Assembly: GCA_049967475.1 (NCBI GenBank) | Contig: JBMFSQ010000002.1 | Span: 96,001-160,000 of the forward strand | Origin: Chthonomonadales bacterium | Lineage (GTDB): Bacteria; Armatimonadota; Chthonomonadetes; Chthonomonadales; CAJBBX01 | Length of the DNA: 64,000 nucleotides | Reading direction: 5' to 3' | In this document: positions 22,490-31,466 of the stretch, piece after piece | Numbering within the stretch: the stretch's first letter is position 1 | How the letters are laid out: the number at the start of each line of letters is the position of its first letter | Position numbers and translations under genes: made by a program | The notes under the pieces: generated by a model | Told to the model about the DNA's origin: nothing | Database searches by the model: none | What the model saw: the letters and a program-made list of their open reading frames with translations, nothing else

Positions 22490-23316
22490 CACTCCTCTAC
22501 CTTCGCATCGAAGTAGGCGCCGCGCTCCAGGGAGAGCCAAACTCTCAACGCGATGGCGAGCGCCCCCACGCCCAAACCGAAATTGATGGCGCGCTGGGCC
22601 GGCGCATTCACCACCGTAAGAAGCCAATTGCTGATGTTATCCAGCCTTAGGAGCGAAAGGTACGCGCCCCGCGCAGGGAGGCCATTGGTGATCGCCTGGC
22701 CGATGGGGATCTGCCCCAGCATCACGACGAGCGCAGCCAGCATCAACAGGGTGGCCTCAGCGCTCCGGATGCGGAAGGCGCGATAAGCCGCAGAGATAAT
22801 AAAGAAGGCAAGGATGGCAAACATCGCGGCGTCAAAGTTGGCCAGCACATCTCGGAATAGGCTGCGGTAGATCATGACAAGGTGCGGGTTCGGGCTCCGC
22901 TCAAAAGCAAGCCCCGACACTGCCATCACCACGATCCCGATCAGGAGCACCAAACTGTTCTCCCACCCCTGCTTGAGGCGCAACACATTGCCCCCGTGGA
23001 TGCGGACGAGGCTGTACACGCCCAGCCCTATGGTGAACGCTGCCAGAACCCCCGTGATGTTCCCCACACCGGGCACCGCGAAGGAGAGGGGGTTCTCGTG
23101 GGTCTTGGGGTCCGGCGGCCAGAAGAACTCTGTGGCGTAGAAGAGGCCGGCCACGAATGTTACCCACGCAATCAGCGCCTTCCGACCCTTAGGCGGCAGA
23201 GCCTGGAGCACTGCGAACAGGACCACGCACCCCAGCGATGCGCCAATGATCGCCTCGGTCAAAGCCGCCCCGTGCAGCCGCGGGAAATGTCTCTCCAGAA
23301 AGCTCTGCAGGTTCAT
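22489..23316 (-). CDS. Uncharacterised multi-pass membrane protein
   Basis: About 7 TM helices; SAAYRAFRIRS and AQRAI.FG.G.G motifs. Confidence 0.75.
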   Translation of the reverse strand: MNLQSFLERHFPRLHGAALTEAIIGASLGCVVLFAVLQALPPKGRKALIAWVTFVAGLFYATEFFWPPDPKTHENPLSFAVPGVGNITGVLAAFTIGLGVYSLVRIHGGNVLRLKQGWENSLVLLIGIVVMAVSGLAFERSPNPHLVMIYRSLFRDVLANFDAAMFAILAFFIISAAYRAFRIRSAEATLLMLAALVVMLGQIPIGQAITNGLPARGAYLSLLRLDNISNWLLTVVNAPAQRAINFGLGVGALAIALRVWLSLERGAYFDAKVEE

Positions 23317-23342
23317 CCGGAATGAGCGCTCCTACACCGATG

Positions 23343-24125
23343 TCAGCCCAATGTGAACCATTTGATGAAGATCCACTTGGGGCCGAGCCATGGCAGGCTG
23401 ATCCCAATGGTCCCCACGATCACTGCGAGCACGATGAGAGCCTTGCAGAAATCTTGCCCCACCAGACTTCCCAACAGCGTAGGCTCTCGCGAAATGTAGG
23501 CGCTCGCGGCGTAATACTCGTCCCCGATGATGGTGTAATCACACGCTGCGATAAAGAAGGGGATCTGCGTTACCTGAACGGTACCCGCCACCTGGATCGC
23601 TCCCACCTGGTTGCCCGTCTCGGCGAAAATGAGGCTTTCCGCAAAAAAGTCGCCAAACATAAAACTGGCTGCTACCTTCTCGCGGAAGATCGTGCCGGCC
23701 ACCCCCGAGGCGAAGGCAAACTGGCGATCGGAAAGGAAGTACACCGAGTTGGGGTCGAAATCCTCCGGCTTGCCCGCTGCATTGTAGGAGTCGCGCACGA
23801 CTTCTTCGGCCACGGTATAAAGAGCCGGATCGGCCGTGGGCAAGATGATGCGGTTTCCGAACTTGGCGGCTGTTTTGATGATATAGCTGAAGACAGCCAA
23901 GGCCTGGATCCCCACGACGCCGATGCCGCTCAAGCCCGGCACCATGAGGATCGGGCGCCCCATTTCGGTGGCCCGTCCCACCGCTTCGTCAATGGCATTC
24001 AGACCGGGAATGCGCCGAATGAAGTAATCTTTGCCGCGCTGAGCGCGGATGATTGCGGTGAGAATCGCAAGGGACCAGATGACGATGAAGAGCGCGCCGG
24101 GCCAACTGTCTGCCGCATGTTCCAA
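23343..24125 (-). CDS. DUF6754-like membrane protein
   Basis: IRRIPGLNAIDEAVGRATEMGRP and QIPFF.AACDY..IGDEYYAASAY motifs, recalled from the DUF6754 family. TTG start after AAAGGAGG. Confidence 0.7.
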   Translation of the reverse strand: MEHAADSWPGALFIVIWSLAILTAIIRAQRGKDYFIRRIPGLNAIDEAVGRATEMGRPILMVPGLSGIGVVGIQALAVFSYIIKTAAKFGNRIILPTADPALYTVAEEVVRDSYNAAGKPEDFDPNSVYFLSDRQFAFASGVAGTIFREKVAASFMFGDFFAESLIFAETGNQVGAIQVAGTVQVTQIPFFIAACDYTIIGDEYYAASAYISREPTLLGSLVGQDFCKALIVLAVIVGTIGISLPWLGPKWIFIKWFTLG

Positions 24126-24127
24126 GG

Positions 24128-24430
24128 CTATCCTCCTTTGACGCTAGGCCGCTCCGCCGCAAGTTCCTCGATCCTGCGAATGAGCCGCTCGATGTTGCCG
24201 CGGTCCTCCATGAGCTTGCCCGCCATCTGTACGTTATCGAAGCCGAGGATGGGCGCGATCAGCGGTGCGGTCACCACCAGCCCTTGGCTCGCAATAAAGC
24301 CCAGCGGCTTGTGCATCTCCAGAAAAAGTACCGCCGGCACCTCCATGCCTCGGCGGACGATGCCTGTAGCGATCCGCTCGATGAGTGCATCCCGCTCTTG
24401 AGGAGTAAGCTCCTGATCCAGGCTACGCAT
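24128..24430 (-). CDS. Small conserved hypothetical protein
   Basis: 100 aa with a PAVLFLEMHKPL motif; coupled to both neighbours. Confidence 0.65.
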   Translation of the reverse strand: MRSLDQELTPQERDALIERIATGIVRRGMEVPAVLFLEMHKPLGFIASQGLVVTAPLIAPILGFDNVQMAGKLMEDRGNIERLIRRIEELAAERPSVKGG

Positions 24431-24917
24431 GAGCGTTCTTTGCCGCCTCCACCTGTTCGAGAACGATGGCGCGCACCTGGCTGTGACACCCCGGCGACCC
24501 TTCCGGCGCACACCACAAAACGATGCCCCGCACGTTCTCGAGCGGTGTTGCATGGTGGAAAGGCGATAGCTTCATGCGTCCTTCAGCGTCGAGCACCCGT
24601 CTTACCCTGCGCCACTCCATCTGCAGGCGCGTGAGGCCGTAAGCCGCATAGGCGCCCTCGGTGGTGAGGCGATAGGATATCGGGAACAGATATTCGGACG
24701 CTGCCCCGGCGATCAGCAAGACCCCTAAGAGGCTCAATGCCCAGGAACCTGTTATCCCGTAGCCCAAGAACGCTGCCAAGGCAGCCGCTGCCGGGATAGC
24801 CAAGGCGCGCCGCGGATCTCGCCGAAAGAGGTGCACGCGCCACTCAAGAAGCACGCATTCCGGTTCCTTTACATCCCGCCGCGATGGACGTGCCAATCCT
24901 CCCGCGTCCGCGCCCAT
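24423..24917 (-). CDS. Hypothetical membrane protein (2 TM helices plus a possible PH-like domain)
   Basis: Two TM helices followed by a beta-rich YLFP..Y.L...G...LSPF domain; first gene of the operon. Confidence 0.6.
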   Translation of the reverse strand: MGADAGGLARPSRRDVKEPECVLLEWRVHLFRRDPRRALAIPAAAALAAFLGYGITGSWALSLLGVLLIAGAASEYLFPISYRLTTEGAYAAYGLTRLQMEWRRVRRVLDAEGRMKLSPFHHATPLENVRGIVLWCAPEGSPGCHSQVRAIVLEQVEAAKNAHA

Positions 24918-24981
24918 CAACCAGCGACCTCCGCTTCGGGACCACGCTACAAACAGCGAACCACCGCCGTGCGCCGGGTGC

Positions 24982-25011
24982 ATTATATTAGCTCGCCCGC
25001 GATACTGTCAA
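24982..25011 (-). promoter_or_regulatory. Consensus sigma70 promoter for the membrane-protein operon
   Basis: The minus strand reads TTGACA-N18-TATAAT. Confidence 0.8.
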
Positions 25012-25034
25012 GCGCACACTCTTGCGCAAGCGTA

Positions 25035-25064
25035 TTGACAACTAGGCAATGCCTATCTTATAAT
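25035..25064 (+). promoter_or_regulatory. Consensus sigma70 promoter for the prepilin-like gene
   Basis: TTGACA-N18-TATAAT, with the palindrome TAGGCA-A-TGCCTA in the spacer. Confidence 0.8.
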
Positions 25065-25160
25065 GCGCACGTTGCCGGACGATCGGCAGCCTACATGTCG
25101 CAACGGAGCGAATGGGCCTCTTCCCGTGTTCCCATTCCATCCTCACGAAAGGACAACGCC

Positions 25161-25988
25161 ATGGTCTGCACACCGCCACGAAACCCCAGAGGCTTCACTC
25201 TCATCGAGCTGCTTGTGGTGATCGCCATCATCGCGATCCTGGCAGCGATCTTGTTCCCCGTTTTTGCCCAGGCGCGTGAGGCCGCCCGAAAAACGAGCTG
25301 CATGTCCAACATGAAGCAGATCCTCACCGCCGAAATGATGTACACCCAGGACTACGACGAGATGTTGGAGCGGATACGCGTCTTCGCCAGCTCCTACCCG
25401 GCCAACAAATGGGCGTACGGGGCTCAAGACATGCTGAACCCCTACACCAAGAACATCGGCATTTGGAAGTGCCCGGATGATCCGTATGTTCGAGTAGATT
25501 GCCTCAGCGCCGCCAAGAAGCCCGGGCAGGCTCTCAGCTATTCCTTCACCCACTACCAACCGGGTTATGACGAGGGTCCTACCACAACTGCAACCTTCGG
25601 GCTCCATGCGTACTACACCAGTGTAAATTCAAGGCGCCTTGCCGATATCGGCGCTCCCGCCGACACCATCTCCCTCTTCGAACTCTGGACAACGGTGAGC
25701 ATGGAGAGCGGCTACGCCTATTGGCGATGGGACGTGCGCGACGTGGCCAATCCGTCGTGGCCCACGGCACCCAATAACTTCACGGTGGGATGGTGCGGCG
25801 GCATCGGGTACTTCTCCATGGGCGCTCATAATGACCTTACCAACTTCGGCTTTGCAGACGGCCACGTAAAGACGATCAAGCGCACAACCGTCATGCCCTG
25901 GCCGTGGACCCCCGCTGCGATTGCTGCCCGCAGGGCCGCCGGCGCATCCAACCGGAACCTGCTCCATTGGGACGCCCAGTACAAATAA
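25161..25988 (+). CDS. Prepilin-type N-methylation / DUF1559-like protein with an H-X9-DG C-terminal motif
   Basis: [31 protein letters not shown] cleavage site; [12 protein letters not shown] is an H-X9-DG motif. Confidence 0.9.
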   Translation: MVCTPPRNPRGFTLIELLVVIAIIAILAAILFPVFAQAREAARKTSCMSNMKQILTAEMMYTQDYDEMLERIRVFASSYPANKWAYGAQDMLNPYTKNIGIWKCPDDPYVRVDCLSAAKKPGQALSYSFTHYQPGYDEGPTTTATFGLHAYYTSVNSRRLADIGAPADTISLFELWTTVSMESGYAYWRWDVRDVANPSWPTAPNNFTVGWCGGIGYFSMGAHNDLTNFGFADGHVKTIKRTTVMPWPWTPAAIAARRAAGASNRNLLHWDAQYK

Positions 25989-26002
25989 CCCGAGCCCCGG
26001 AG

Positions 26003-26034
26003 TGCGCAGAGGCAGATTCTACTGCTTCTGCGCA
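26003..26034 (+). terminator. Strong intergenic stem-loop (terminator-like or RNA-stabilising)
   Basis: TGCGCAGAGGCAG-attcta-CTGCTTCTGCGCA, a 13-bp stem; there is no U-tract. Confidence 0.35.
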
Positions 26035-26072
26035 TCCCTGGGCACGGCCATTCCAGAAGCAGGAGGACACCG

Positions 26073-26330
26073 TTGGGATCAATCTTGGGGAATAACCGCA
26101 ACGTGCTGGTAGCAATCCTCGCCGTGGCAGCCGTGGCCTTGGCGATCTGGTCGGGATACCGTACCTTTACACCCAAAGGGCGTACCATCGGCCATTTGGG
26201 GAACCTTCAGGAGACCACCGTCAAGCAACCTGGGGCGGGTAACGCTGCACAGCCCGCCAACAGCTTGGGCCAGCAGGAAGCAACAGGCGGCCTTGCCGGA
26301 GCGCCCGCCGGTGCTCAGCCCGGCCCATAA
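26073..26330 (+). CDS. Small single-pass membrane protein
   Basis: AGGAGG RBS, TTG start, one TM helix and a low-complexity tail. Confidence 0.6.
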   Translation: MGSILGNNRNVLVAILAVAAVALAIWSGYRTFTPKGRTIGHLGNLQETTVKQPGAGNAAQPANSLGQQEATGGLAGAPAGAQPGP

Positions 26331-26575
26331 GCATAATTGGCCAGATCGTAGATAGGCACCTGAGCCACTTCATCCGGCGGCGTATTGGCATTCACCACCG
26401 CTACAAGGCGCCCCGCCGTCTGCAGTGAGAAGCGGTGTTCGCCGCATTGAGGGCATACGTCGGCGGGCACATTCCGGAACAGTACCATGCCGGTAGCAGA
26501 ACAGGGGAGGGCGATGGTGATGAGACGCACCTCGCAGATCTCTCCGCACACGGCACAGCGCACATCTGTGGGCAT
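26315..26575 (-). CDS. YgiT-type zinc-finger protein
   Basis: CAVCG...NVPADVCPQCGE pattern. Confidence 0.75.
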   Translation of the reverse strand: MPTDVRCAVCGEICEVRLITIALPCSATGMVLFRNVPADVCPQCGEHRFSLQTAGRLVAVVNANTPPDEVAQVPIYDLANYAYGPG

Positions 26576-26775
26576 CGTTCTTTCCCCTTCCGTGTGGTGC
26601 CGGTACAGCCTCCATCCGGCCTTGCGGCTCCATTTTAGTGGATGCACGGCTTAGGGGCTCCGGTAATTCTGCCGGAATTCGGCCAAGTCCGCAACAAACC
26701 CGTACATTGCACAGGCGCCATTCGCGCATACCGGCCGCCGCCTCCCGGGCAACCTTCGGGTATCATTTGCCCAAG

Positions 26776-27090
26776 ATGAGCAAGCGTATTCTTGTAGCCA
26801 GCCTCAAGGAACTGCCGGAACACACCGGCACCGTCGTGGCCGTTGACAACCAGGAAATCGCCCTCTTTCGCATGGGAGGCGAAGTATACGCCATGGAGAA
26901 CCTTTGCCCGCACAAGGAGGGACCCCTGGCCGAAGGTGAAGTGGAAGACGGCATTGTCACGTGCCCCTGGCATGCTTGGCAAATCTGCGTGCGTACGGGC
27001 GAGGTGGTGTACGACCCCTCCATCCGCGCCAGAACCTACCAATGTTGCGTGGAGGGTGAAGACGTCTATCTCATTTGGGACGCTACCTAG
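26776..27090 (+). CDS. Rieske 2Fe-2S ferredoxin (NirD-like)
   Basis: CPH...CPWH Rieske ligands. Confidence 0.88.
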   Translation: MSKRILVASLKELPEHTGTVVAVDNQEIALFRMGGEVYAMENLCPHKEGPLAEGEVEDGIVTCPWHAWQICVRTGEVVYDPSIRARTYQCCVEGEDVYLIWDAT

Positions 27091-27101
27091 CGCTCAATGC
27101 G

Positions 27102-27797
27102 TCAAAGGGCAGGCCGGAGCGGCTCGTTCGCGGGCGCCCCGACGAGGGCCAGCGTGGGATACCAGCGAGCAAGAAGGTGCCTGACGGCAGTCATCGGGAG
27201 CCCCACAACATTAGTGTAATCCCCATCTACGGCTGCCACAAGCTGCCCGCCCCGCCCCTGGATGCCGTATCCCCCTGCCTTGTCCATGGGTTCGCCGGTG
27301 GCAATATACTCCGCGATATCCTGGGGCGTAAGGCTCCTAAAGCGCACCTGGGAGGATACGACGGCACAAAGCCACTCCGCCGGCGCGTCTATCCTCAGAT
27401 GCCCCACCGCAACCCCAGTAGTCACCTGGTGGGTTCTCCCAGAGAGCAGCTCCAGCATCGCACGGGCCTCCTTGGCGTTTGCCGGCTTCCCTAACACGCG
27501 CGGACCGCCAACTTCGCCGACGACAACCACAGTGTCCGCTCCTAGGACCACCATCCCGTCGCCGATTCGTGCGCTCGCGCGCCGCGCCACATCACGCGCC
27601 TTTGCAAAGGCCAGCCGCAGTGCGAGCAGCTCGGGATCGCCGTCCCCTTCCTGCCTGTGCGGTGCGCGCAGACAGGCGTCATCCTCTTCGACGCCGCTGG
27701 GAACCACTTCAAACGGGATGCCCAGGCGGGCCAGAAGATCGCGGCGCCGCGGAGACGCCGATGCCAGGATGAGCCTGGGGACGCTTCCATTAGACAT
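27102..27797 (-). CDS. maf: Maf-family nucleotide pyrophosphatase
   Basis: LILASASPRR, LGADT, LGKP and DKAGGYGIQG motifs. Confidence 0.93.
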   Translation of the reverse strand: MSNGSVPRLILASASPRRRDLLARLGIPFEVVPSGVEEDDACLRAPHRQEGDGDPELLALRLAFAKARDVARRASARIGDGMVVLGADTVVVVGEVGGPRVLGKPANAKEARAMLELLSGRTHQVTTGVAVGHLRIDAPAEWLCAVVSSQVRFRSLTPQDIAEYIATGEPMDKAGGYGIQGRGGQLVAAVDGDYTNVVGLPMTAVRHLLARWYPTLALVGAPANEPLRPAL

Positions 27798-27918
27798 CGC
27801 CGCGTAGGTTCCTCCTGCATGCGATTGCGCCGCGGTATTGTACCTTGCACCCGGATTGCAGCAAGGATGAGTGCAAGACGCGGTCCCTGCATGTTATAAT
27901 AACGCCCTGGAGGGCCAT

Positions 27919-28764
27919 GTGAAGATAACTCGGAAGCTCATTACGGTAATTGCTTTAGCCGCGGCCGGTTGCGGATTAGCGCTTTATTGGAACGAGCATC
28001 GCACAGAGCGCCTCGCCGACGTAGTGAACCCCCTCTATTGGATCCGCCGCATGCAGGGGAGAGACCTGTACGATCCCGCCACGGGCATCCTCTATCACGG
28101 CAACCGATCCCTCAAGGAGATCGCCCTAACCATTGACGACGGACCCCATGCTCAAACCGGCGAAGCGCTGTTGGACATCTTCAAGAGATACGGAGTGCGG
28201 GTCACCTTCTTCGTGGTGGGGCAGCGGATGGATGAACACCCCGAGCTGGTGCAGCGGATGCTGGCCGAGGGGCACGAAGTGGGCAATCACTCCATGAACC
28301 ACTACCGATTGGACACCCTGCCGGCTGAACGGGTGTGGCGCGAAGTGAACGACAACGACATCAACTTTTGGCGCATCACCCATCGGCACTTTACCCTTCT
28401 GCGTCCCCCCGGAGTGCGGTACAACCGAACCGTAATCGGTGTGGCTCGGGCGCTGGGATACGTCATCGTGTCCTGGTCGGACGCCGCCAAAGACTTTCTC
28501 GACGTAACGCCAGATTTTATCGTGAACCGAGTGTTGCGGCGCGCCGAAAACGGCAGCATCATCCTTTTGCACGATGACCGGCCCTCTACGGTCGTAGCCA
28601 TGCCGCGGATCATCACAGCGCTGAAGCGTGAAGGGTACCGGTTCGTCACCATCTCGGAGATGCTGTCTCACCTGCCGCAGCCCGTGGTGATCCATACGGA
28701 TGCGAACCCACTCCCGCTCATGAGAAGCGCGTCGCGGGAACCTATCCCCGAAGTGCATCCGTAA
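27919..28764 (+). CDS. Polysaccharide deacetylase (NodB/CE4), membrane-anchored
   Basis: LTIDDGP, GNHSMNH, RPPG and ILLHD motifs; GTG start after GGAGGG. Confidence 0.9.
   Translation: MKITRKLITVIALAAAGCGLALYWNEHRTERLADVVNPLYWIRRMQGRDLYDPATGILYHGNRSLKEIALTIDDGPHAQTGEALLDIFKRYGVRVTFFVVGQRMDEHPELVQRMLAEGHEVGNHSMNHYRLDTLPAERVWREVNDNDINFWRITHRHFTLLRPPGVRYNRTVIGVARALGYVIVSWSDAAKDFLDVTPDFIVNRVLRRAENGSIILLHDDRPSTVVAMPRIITALKREGYRFVTISEMLSHLPQPVVIHTDANPLPLMRSASREPIPEVHP
28737..28764 (+). promoter_or_regulatory. Putative ECF-sigma autoregulatory promoter
   Basis: GGAACC-N17-CGTAA ending 28 nt before the ECF sigma start; an identical motif precedes degP. Confidence 0.7.
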
Positions 28765-28792
28765 CGAGTGGTAAGGAGGCACGGATCGTCCG

Positions 28793-29389
28793 ATGGAATG
28801 GTCGCAACCCATTGCCGACACGGCGAGGCAGGATCGCGCGGAGTTCGACACCCTCGTTCGGAGATGCCACCGCCAGGCGTATAACATCGCCTACCGCCTC
28901 ACCGGCAACCATGCGGACGCCGAAGACCTAACGCAGGAAGCCTTCTTGCGCGCGTACCGCTTCTTCGACCGCTACAACCGGCAGATGCCGTTCGAGAATT
29001 GGCTCTACCGCATCATCTCGAACGTTTTTATAGACGAATTGCGCAAGCGGCCGAAGGCCAAGTCCCAGTCGTTGGACCAGCCCCTCCCCAATGCAACGGG
29101 GGATAGTGAGATCCGTCTGGAGATACCCGACTTCTCCAGTGACCCCGAATGCCTCATGCTGCAGGGAGAACTGGATGAGCCGCTCCAACGGGCGCTGAAC
29201 ACGCTGCCCTTCGACTTCCGCAAGGCGGTGATCCTGGCAGACGTGGAGGGAATGTCCTACGAAGACATAGCCGAAGCCATGGGGTGTTCCCTGGGTACCG
29301 TGCGCTCGCGATTACACCGCGGCCGCAAGATGCTGCGCAACAGGTTGCAGCTCGGTGCGCACCGCGGGGGCGAGGAGAGTGTGAAGTGA
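28793..29389 (+). CDS. ECF RNA polymerase sigma factor (RpoE-like)
   Basis: DAEDLTQEAFLRAY, WLYRI and SYEDIAEAMGCSLGTVRSRLHRGR motifs. Confidence 0.93.
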   Translation: MEWSQPIADTARQDRAEFDTLVRRCHRQAYNIAYRLTGNHADAEDLTQEAFLRAYRFFDRYNRQMPFENWLYRIISNVFIDELRKRPKAKSQSLDQPLPNATGDSEIRLEIPDFSSDPECLMLQGELDEPLQRALNTLPFDFRKAVILADVEGMSYEDIAEAMGCSLGTVRSRLHRGRKMLRNRLQLGAHRGGEESVK

Positions 29390-29934
29390 ATTGCCGTAAA
29401 GTCAACAGCCTCTTATCCGCCTACATTGATGGCGAGCTCCCGGGTGTGGAACACCTTCAGATACGGCGCCACCTGGATGAATGCCCCACTTGCATCGAAG
29501 AGTACCATACGCTGCTCATGACCAAACGCCTCATTGCCGGCCTGCGCATGCAAGAGCCGCGTCCGGGTTTTGACCAGCAAATCCTCTCCCGCATCGCTGC
29601 CGAAGCGCATAAGCCTGCGTCGCGCTTCGACCTTAAGGGATGGTGGCTCTTCCTCAGTGAACCTCAGCGAAACCGGGTCCGCCTTGGTGCCTTTTGTGCC
29701 GCATTCGCCTTGGGTGCCATGGTCCTAACGGGTTTGCCTTCGGCAACCACCCAGACGGCGGGTTCTTCCTTCACCCCTATCTCTAGCGCCCCTGTGTCTT
29801 ACGAAATCCCGCAGCCCATTCCCGTGCAAGACTACCTCAATGTGCAGCACTCGTGGGAAAACGCCCAGCCCATGAACGGGGGAGCGAGCGTGGTTCCCGT
29901 GGGAGACCGAGCGGAACTTACCCTCCCGCGGTGA
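29386..29934 (+). CDS. Zinc-binding (ZAS) transmembrane anti-sigma factor
   Basis: LSAYIDGEL...HLDECPTC (HxxxCxxC) plus one TM helix. The GTG overlaps the sigma stop. Confidence 0.88.
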   Translation: MNCRKVNSLLSAYIDGELPGVEHLQIRRHLDECPTCIEEYHTLLMTKRLIAGLRMQEPRPGFDQQILSRIAAEAHKPASRFDLKGWWLFLSEPQRNRVRLGAFCAAFALGAMVLTGLPSATTQTAGSSFTPISSAPVSYEIPQPIPVQDYLNVQHSWENAQPMNGGASVVPVGDRAELTLPR

Positions 29935-29957
29935 GGCGCGCCTCCCACGCACACGCC

Positions 29958-31268
29958 ATGGCTTTCCTCGTGTATCCACGTGCAGCGACTACAGCCATCG
30001 TGCGTCCCGTCCTTTGCCTCGTGGTGGGTACGGCTTCACTGGCCGGCACCAGCGCGGCATCCCCCGCCGGTAAGGCGATGCCGGATGTAACGACCCTCCT
30101 GGTAAAATCCATCCTCGCCCAGTACACGGTCAATTACAAGGGTCGCCAGATAGAGATCGTGTCGGACCAGGGCAATGGCGCTCTCCATACAACCACTCGC
30201 CTCGTGATCCACCGGAAGGACGGCCGCTCCCTGGTGCGCTGTTTGGACCCGCCCAGCCTCCGAGGATGCTTCCAAGCCGATGACGGCCGATGGGTCCGAT
30301 CGTACGACCCCCGTACGCATCTGGTGACCATCGGCAGGTCCATGGCGCGCGTACGAACCCGCCGCGATGCCCAACGCATGGTGCGTCGCATCCTCGCCGC
30401 CTACCGCGTGTCCGCCACGGGTACGGATCAGGTAGCCCAGCGGGAATGCGTTATTCTCAGCCTGCGCCCCTATGACCCTTACAGTCACACCATCAACGTG
30501 TGGATTGACGCCGGCACGGGTGTAACCCTCTCACGGCAGGACAACAGCCCGCGGGGGCATACCTTCAGCCTGACGTTGTTCAAGTCCATCGCCTATCCTC
30601 GAACTGTGTCGTCCCAGGAACTGCATTACACCCTGCCCCCGGGCACCCGCACGCAGAAGATCACCCTGTCACCCCTGTACCATGACGTGGCCCGCCTCCG
30701 CCGGGCTGCAGGCTTCCCCATACTCGTTCCCATCTCCATGCCCATGGGGTTTGAATTCGAATCTGCAGAGATGGTACGCCTAAACGGAGTTCCTAACGCG
30801 TGCCTCCGCTACACGGATGGAATGGCCGGTCTCACGATCTTCGAGAAGCCAGTGGATCGGCCGAATTCCGGCGCTCATGCTCCCGTACTGTCACGTCCCC
30901 TCCCTCGCGGAGAAGCCATCGCCATGACCGTGCACGGACGCATGGCGTGCATCGTCGTGGGGGCACGAGAGCCCGACGGCCTCATGGCGATTCTGCGTGC
31001 GTTGGACCCGGAAAGGGAAGATGAACTGCTGCACCGCTTCAAAGATGCCTTTCGGCCGCCGCCGCACATTCTGGCCGCATCGCGCCAACGCGGACTGGGC
31101 ATGGATTGCTTGGCTGCGCTCTTGGATATCGCCCGGCAAACCGGCCGTCCGTTGGAAGCCTTGCTTGCCTTGCATGGCGAGGGTTGGGAGTGGCCCAGCC
31201 TGGCCCGGCGCTTCCGGGCAGACTTGCACGAGGTAGAGCAACACATCAAACCGTATCTTTGCCGCTAA
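29958..31268 (+). CDS. MucB/RseB-like periplasmic regulator with an extra C-terminal helical domain
   Basis: Signal peptide; LolA-like domain (NYKG, VAQREC, WID..TG); LRYTDGMAGLTIFE resembles the RseB YSDGL..SVF motif. Confidence 0.7.
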   Translation: MAFLVYPRAATTAIVRPVLCLVVGTASLAGTSAASPAGKAMPDVTTLLVKSILAQYTVNYKGRQIEIVSDQGNGALHTTTRLVIHRKDGRSLVRCLDPPSLRGCFQADDGRWVRSYDPRTHLVTIGRSMARVRTRRDAQRMVRRILAAYRVSATGTDQVAQRECVILSLRPYDPYSHTINVWIDAGTGVTLSRQDNSPRGHTFSLTLFKSIAYPRTVSSQELHYTLPPGTRTQKITLSPLYHDVARLRRAAGFPILVPISMPMGFEFESAEMVRLNGVPNACLRYTDGMAGLTIFEKPVDRPNSGAHAPVLSRPLPRGEAIAMTVHGRMACIVVGAREPDGLMAILRALDPEREDELLHRFKDAFRPPPHILAASRQRGLGMDCLAALLDIARQTGRPLEALLALHGEGWEWPSLARRFRADLHEVEQHIKPYLCR

Positions 31269-31338
31269 CAGCCCCGGCGGATAAGTGGGCCTCCGCAAGC
31301 TCCTGGCGAGGCCCGCTGCCGCCGAACTCGGGGTGCCA

Positions 31339-31366
31339 GGAACCGAAGCCATCGCAGCGAACGTAA
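31339..31366 (+). promoter_or_regulatory. Putative ECF-sigma promoter for degP
   Basis: GGAACC-N17-CGTAA in the intergenic region. Confidence 0.7.
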
Positions 31367-31466
31367 TATCGGGCATCCGGGGCTCTGCGCCCAGCGTCAC
31401 CAATGGGCTCTTACCGGGTCTATGTTCATCGGCCGCAAAAAGATATCGAGGAGGGCTCCAAACCAA

